From the NCBI RefSeq assembly GCF_018977255.1, contig NW_024704742.1:126916001-126980000 (forward strand): a stretch of 64,000 bases of DNA, written 5' to 3'. Of the stretch, positions 63,507 through 64,000 are shown in pieces. A program made the position numbers and the translations under genes. Below the pieces are notes generated by a model. That model was given only the letters and a program-made list of their open reading frames with translations. It did not search any database and had not been told where the DNA came from. Within the stretch, counting starts at the first letter, position 1. Every line of letters starts with the position of its first letter. The stretch is from Callorhinchus milii (taxonomy: Eukaryota).

Positions 63507-64000
63507 ATGAAAAAAATTCTGTCATTGAGTGGAGAAAAGTTATCAACAACTCCCGGAACAGACAAATTTATTTGAGCTCTAAATTTATTCTCAGACTTCT
63601 TCACCCTTGCAGTTTTTTTNGTTAAATAATTGCATTTCTACAACTGCTCTCTTACCCTTCAGAACAAACAAATGTGATTCAGGTATCTTCCACTCAATTG
63701 GTTTTATTTTTATCGTCCTCCACAGCTCTTCCTTCCCCCACCCAACATGTCCATCAAGCATCCTTCAACTTACTGCTAACAAGAGAAGAATCAATGGTTA
63801 ATTCCCACACCCACTCTTAGTAAAATGAAGTAAAGGTGACTCAGTGAAGTGCTGATTAGTTTCAGCACACCCATACTTGGATGTATTTGAATGTGAAGCA
63901 ATAAACTAAATGGCTACAACAACAACTTGCCCTTATATAGCTCCCTCCATGCAGGGTAGCGTCTCAGAGCACTTAACAATCGCGGAGCCTGACTCCGAGC

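Noticed and set aside
63620..63620. Single N base
   Set aside because: Assembly ambiguity, not biology.

Overview
AT-rich, repeat-dense vertebrate genomic DNA. The repeat set (CR1 and L2 LINEs, DeuSINEs, an abundant tRNA-Ala-headed SINE) suggests a cartilaginous fish, possibly a chimaera; this is inference. The window lies inside a minus-strand Munc13/UNC13 gene, more likely UNC13B than UNC13A. Two consecutive coding exons of the N-terminal C2A domain are present: 49431-49530 (100 nt) and 3729-3846 (118 nt). They have canonical GT-AG sites, compatible phases and a 45,584-nt intron between them. I could not find the neighbouring exons. The rest is non-coding and probably intronic: SINEs, L2 and CR1 fragments (often nested), an L1-clade ORF1 relic, a solo LTR with a TTAA target duplication, a Penelope-type palindromic insertion with a decayed hammerhead core and a 16-bp target duplication, a ~710-bp foldback element, and an unclassified ~600-bp repeat in at least three copies. 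Most ORFs in the supplied track are transposon remnants or chance. I found no convincing new protein-coding system; the best leads are non-coding or mobile-element features. Repeat boundaries are by eye (about +/-10-20 nt unless a target duplication fixes them).
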